Source: the human T2T-CHM13v2.0 reference genome, Homo sapiens. Taken from it: a DNA stretch of 64,000 nucleotides. The DNA is taken from assembly GCF_009914755.1 (NCBI RefSeq), contig NC_060947.1. One strand, given 5' to 3'. The notes beneath the pieces were generated by a model. That model ran no database searches. It saw nothing but the letters and a program-made list of their open reading frames with translations, and had not been told where the DNA came from. A program made the translations under genes and the position numbers. This document shows, one piece after another, positions 58,469 to 64,000 of the stretch (positions are counted from its first letter, which is position 1; each line of letters begins with the position of its first letter).

Positions 58469-59897
58469 AGAAAGAAAGAAAAGAAAGAAAAAAGAAGGAA
58501 GGAAGAGAGAGAGAAAGAGAAAGCGAGAAAGCAAGCAAGGCAAGAGATTGAAAAACTAGATGTACTACTTAGTCTTTTGAGGTCCGTGAATTACTTGTAC
58601 AGTACCTGCCTGAAGAGTTCTCTTTGAAACAGACATGGTCTCAGGCATCTATTTGGATCAGGCATTTAGTCCTCTGTTAAGTGGGTAGGGGTGAGGGGTT
58701 ATGCACAAGACCAAACGGAATGCTAGAATTTAGAGTATTACTCTTGGGTATTTGGCTGCTGTTTTTGCCCAATTCTTATATTTTTCCTACGCAAGTTCAG
58801 GAGGGCCTGTGTAGTCTTTCTAGCTACCACATTTCTGGAACACTACTCATTTCATCAATGAAAAATAATTTCTCATACCCTTATGCTAATTAATAACCCT
58901 CTGGTGCAGATTTAGATAACACGTTTGAAGTACTTCCTTTGGCTGCACCTGAAGTGTGGATTCCTGATTAGGGGGCTTTAAGTGTGGCCTAATTTTCTCT
59001 AGGATATGGGTGAAAATTCGCTTTTGTACCCATATACACATCACTGTTTTGTTCTAGTTATTAAAAAAAAAAAGGTAGCAGAGGTGAAGTATAAAATCTT
59101 TCATGTTAATCACAGTGGCACTTAAAAAAATTTGGGGTGCTGCCCCGTTATGAAGTGTGTTACAGGCGTTGGGGATGAAGGAGGAAGTTTGAGAGCTATT
59201 ATTGTTTACTAAACTACTGTTATAGAAAATTTGGGTGTTTTGTGTATGATTTAGGTTAGCATTTAAGAAAATGTAATACAAATTGTTATAGCATTTTTCT
59301 GATTCCATCTTGAAGACCCAGGATTTTAGAATCTGCAAAGCAAAAAATGCTAACAACAACAAAGGCATGCTGAAAAGCCTGGATAGATCTTTTTCAGGGG
59401 GGAATACTGTTTCTCTTCACACTTCTCTATTCCTAGCTGATAGCAAGCCCTGCATTTAATTATTGAAAACAATGCCAACATGAAATGGAACTTCCCAGTG
59501 CTGGCTTTCCCCTTTAATCTAAGATCATTTAATTTGCCAAATAACTTGAGTGAAGGATTGAGGCTGAAAGGTTAATACAAACCATGTTGCCCTTGGCTTA
59601 ATTCTATCCTTTCTTTTTATGTCATTTGATGTTTAGCTCAAACTTTAAAATTCAAAGACATGACACTAGTGTGTGTGCACGTGTGTGTTACATGTTAAAT
59701 ACTGTATAGAATTTCTGGTTTTTAAAAATACCGACTATACAGACAGATGCCTCAAAATTACAATGAACTTGACAGTTTATTTCACTGAATTTGAAATGTT
59801 TAACCGCACCTCTCGCCAACCCCCAACTGTCAAATTCACTAACTGGAATGTCACTAATGTTTAAGTACCAATCCAAATGGCTGTTGAGACAATGGGA

Positions 59898-60430
59898 CTG
59901 TTTTGGGATCACAAAGACCACCCACATGTTTGGTGATTTTTTAGAAGGACCCATGGGACTCAGCATACAATGGTGCATACAGTTCTATTTATTTAATACA
60001 GCTACACGGCAAGGATACACAGTTGTATCAATAAGGGAAAAAGATACGGACCAAGTCTGGAGGAATCCATGCACAGGCTTGCCGTGTTTGTCCCTGGATG
60101 AGGCCACATAAGCACTCTTGCCCCCAACAGGGAAAAGGAAGCAACCTGTGTACAGTTTTTCTGCCTGCGGAAGCCCATCTTAGTTAGACTCAGAGCCCAG
60201 AGTTGTTATTGTTGTCTGGTCACGAAGTTACAGTGACTAGCCACAATTACTGAAATTCCAGACTCCCAGAAGGAAAGCAGGTGTTTAGTGTCCCAGGTGG
60301 GAAAAACAACCGATTGTGTAGGGAACTTTTCAGAAGCTGAGTTCCCAGGAGCCAGCCAAGGACCAACCCTGCAAGCCGATCCTTCTGAAGATAATAGCTC
60401 AGTCCTGCTAGGTTAACACTTTTCTGCAGA
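59898..60430. mobile_element. MER21/MER68/MER77-group ERVL LTR
   Basis: aagaccacccacatgtttggtgatt...ggactcagcata...ccagactcccagaaggaaagcaggtgtt...gccagccaaggaccaaccctgcaag...ttttctgca. Confidence 0.7.
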
Positions 60431-62982
60431 GATGTAGACTTTTCTAGTACTACTCAGTATCTTTCACATCATAATCTGTAAATGTATATCTGCTTCTGGC
60501 TACATGAGGGCAGAAGTCATAGGCCATTCATCCATGTTTTTCTGGCACCTGGAATGACAGGTGGACCTAAAGGGAAACCCGATGAATGTTTATGGAATGA
60601 CGGAATGGATGTGTCAATGGGATGTGGATTTTAGTCTTGTGTGTAAATTAGAAGTTGCATATTTGTTAGATTATAATTTATCTGTGGGTATAATTTGTAG
60701 ATGGTAAAATTCTCATCATCTGAGCAAGAATTTTGGCATGCTATCCACAATAATCTTGAAATGACCTCATTTCTAGACTGTCCAAGCTAGCTGCTAAATA
60801 CTATCTTGTATAATTTCCAACTTCCAAGCCAGTTGTGGGGCAATGATCATAAACATCTCCAAGGATAGCAATGGCTGAGGTGGTTTGGCAGTGCTGACAT
60901 AGCCACCCTGTATCCTCATTGGTCATTGGCAGAGCCCAGATTGCTTCAGTCCCTACTGCCATCGCATTCTCCTTTGGGCTTAGGATGGAGCCAGTGAGTA
61001 TCATGAGAAAGATCTTACGTTTAGGGCAAAATATCACAGTAATCACATTAGGGATGAAAAATGAAATGAGAGAATATGACTGTTTACCCACCACACCTGG
61101 GCCAGTTGAAGTTTGGAACTATTTGTGGGAGCCTGAATGAGGTTTAATAGAGACTTCCCATCTAGTTAACCTCAGTGTACGTCTTAAAAGAGCCAGTTAA
61201 GTGGTGATTGATACTGTTGAACATACCTAAAGTAGAGAACATTTGTTGTTGCAAAAAGAAAGTTTATATATATATAAAAAATATATTTATAATCTATATA
61301 TTATATATAATTTATATACACATGTGTGTATATAAAGTTGAAATATATGTTTCAAATATGTATATATTTATACAGATTTCTAATAGGAAGCATGGAAGTA
61401 CATGTAGCCAGGTAAGGATAGAGGACAAAGTGTTTATGAAACAGAGCCTTGAACAGAAAATCAGCAGACATTTGACTGCGTGTTTCTTTCACTTTTTAAA
61501 TTTGATTACCTAGAATGTGAATATATAAGAAACACACAATTAAATTAAATTGAATAATTATGAATGTTAGGAGCCTCTTTAATTTTCAATGAACCTTTTA
61601 CATATGTGTAGGAAATACTATTATTAAGCCCCATCAGAAAATGGAATATTCTAGTTTTATCACATAGTACAGTTTAACAAAAATTAGCCTCTCCATCTCA
61701 TATGTATCATCTGTTTTCAAATATAAATATATGTATTTATGTGTTTTTTAAGTTAAAAATTAGTATTGAGGAGGTTTTCTCTGAATGTAGGGAACACATC
61801 TCTATAACTTTGCCGAGATAGGCCTTGGGAAACAGCAAAATGAGCATGTGTGGACTTTGGAATTCCAGGAATGTCCCCAGTGTGAGCCAAGCCATGACAC
61901 ACTTTAAATCTTGCTTCCTTAACTGTGAAATGGGGCTATACAGACCCTATGAGACAGCGACCCATTTACCACCTATGAAATATTGATACAGTGTAAGAGA
62001 TTACTGCTATTGTCATAGCACTAGCACTTAGATATTTGGAAGCCTCCAGAAATATGTCTGCTCCTGGCCTTCTGCTGGGTTTCCACTGATTGATTTCTTA
62101 ATAGAAACTGGAAAGTTGGGAAAAGTGGGAGAAGAGAAGTGGGCACATGCTGTGACCGGAAGATGAAACAAGGCACTGATAAGTTTGAACGTGGATGATG
62201 GCACTTCTAGTTTCTCTCAAAGACCTTGTAATATCTGGCTGTAAAGGTGACTTTCTTGAGTGTGTGTTGAAGGTGACTTTTGTACACAGAAAAGATTATT
62301 TAAGGGCAGTTTTGTGGACAAACTTGATATCCAATGTATTCAAGTTACACATTTAAAATCATATTTCTTCCTTATTTTTTAACAATTTGTAAATCTAGCA
62401 AAATTTTATAGTCATTTTTATGAGGACTTGTGACAACATAATTAAATGCCCTTCAACATTTAAATGGTATTTCTGTATTTCTTTTAAAGCCCTTCAGTTA
62501 TCTGACAAACGCTTCCAAGTATTGAATAACTTTTATAAAGCTGTTTTAAACATATAGATGTGTTTTGTTCTTGTAAATGTCTCAGTCCCATTTATAAACT
62601 GTCTTTTAACATATAAACCCAAATCTAAATCAATTACTCAGCACACATTTTAAATTAGAATTCCAAGTCTTATTCTTGCCATATTCTCTTAAATAATGTA
62701 AAGCACTCATAATATAAAACATATACAGATTAATTCTAAATTTAATGTGAATATATTAATACTATGGGATTGATTTACTCCATCATTTCTGTACTTAATT
62801 CTAAACCTTTCTGGGATTAAAACACACCCAATAAGAAAATCGTTCTCAGCCAGTAAAGTTCGGGTTTCCATCTTGATTCACTGTTTTTAATTCAGGCAGA
62901 GAGACATAAGTCTGGTCTTTATTCATACTTGTGACCCTAATGAGAAATACCAGTTGCTGTTAATATCCCGATGATTGCTTGA

Positions 62983-63205
62983 CCAGTGCTTCTTAATCTT
63001 TAGTGTGCACACGAATCAGCACAAGACTCGCCTTGGTGTCTTGTTAAAATAAAGGTTTGGATTTGGTTGTGAGTTCTCACAACCCCACCCCGACTTACCA
63101 AATCCCAGGTGAGTCTTGTGCACATCTGTGTGCACATTAATGATTGTACCCAGCTCCCAGGTAATACCTGTGTCGCTGGGGCAGCAACTACACTTGAGTG
63201 AGTAG
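62983..63205. mobile_element. MER5B-like MITE
   Basis: cagtgcttcttaatctttagtgtgcacacgaatca...agctcccaggtaat...cacttgagtgag. Confidence 0.55.
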
Positions 63206-63876
63206 TGACGCCTTAGATTCAAGTGCCATTTTACATCATTCTTCATCTACTCATAGATGACTTCATCCCCCATTGAGGTAGTTCACTTCCTTCACAGTTT
63301 GATTGGTTTTGCATTTCTTTGACTCTCTTAAGGCATTCAAATGTCATTTCCATTAGACTTCGCAGACTTTTCCAGGCTTTGTGTCACTGTGGTCAGACAA
63401 CTGAACCCTTGAAGATTAAAATTAATCATTTATAGTGAAAAAATAGATTGTTTTGAAATAAATGCATAGAAATATTTTGATAGAAAAAGAACGTAGAAAG
63501 GACAAGTTTGCCAGACTGACAGTTTGAACTCTGTTGAATGAACACGAGGTTTTATAAATGTAAGATACAACATTTTAAAAAGTTGGTTCCTGTATCTAAA
63601 TGAATTTTTAGATTGTCTCTAGATACTTTGTATTGATCAAACATATTAATACAGATGCAAGTTTTTTTTAACATAATGGCTGTGCCTCCCTCCCTATCAA
63701 TCCTTATAGTCAGAAAATACAGCTTGCTGGATGATTTTTCCCGTCAAATATCTGAGAAGCAAGGGACCTCATAGAGTATGTGTGCCTTTTGGTTGAACTA
63801 GCTTATTCCAAGCCAAGTTTTTCACTAACATTTCTTTATTCTATAAAAGTAGACAATTTAAATGTTAGAAAGGAAA

Positions 63877-63877
<1 letters not shown>

Positions 63878-63919
<42 letters not shown>

Positions 63920-63930
63920 TGTGTGTGTGT
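63878..63930. repeat. (TG)n microsatellite
   Basis: Directly visible. Confidence 0.95.
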
Positions 63931-64000
63931 TTCCTTCTTTGAATGTTTTTGATGTTGACAGCCTGGAAGCAAGCAGTGAGCATTGAGCCTCTGCTCCTTT

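Overview
This window is mammalian, almost certainly human, genomic DNA; it contains an AluYb8, a human-lineage subfamily. It holds the CpG-island promoter and first coding exon of FRMPD4 (Preso1). ATG 3511 reads MDVFSFVKIAKLS(S), followed by a GT donor at 3552. I recognised this from memory of the protein N-terminus, not from a database search. The remaining ~60 kb is the start of a very long first intron made largely of interspersed repeats: five Alus, a 5'-truncated L1PA, L1MA/L1MC, L2/L3/MIR, MaLR/ERVL LTRs, a full-length Tigger1 carrying a nested Y1 RNA retrocopy, and many hAT MITEs. Apart from broken L1 ORF2 and Tigger1 frames, the ORF track is noise. I find no support for a new multi-gene biological system. 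The most worthwhile signals are local. They are: (i) a candidate upstream alternative first exon with two ATG+donor pairs, both in the same splice phase as the known exon 1; (ii) uORFs in the FRMPD4 leader; (iii) a series of locally templated duplication scars (direct, inverted and patchwork) resembling polymerase-theta/template-switch repair; (iv) an L1 insertion with non-L1 sequence captured inside its TSDs; and (v) a perfect (GAAA)39 tract that expanded inside one copy of a tandem duplication. Repeat subfamily names are from recalled consensus sequences and need RepeatMasker/Dfam confirmation.
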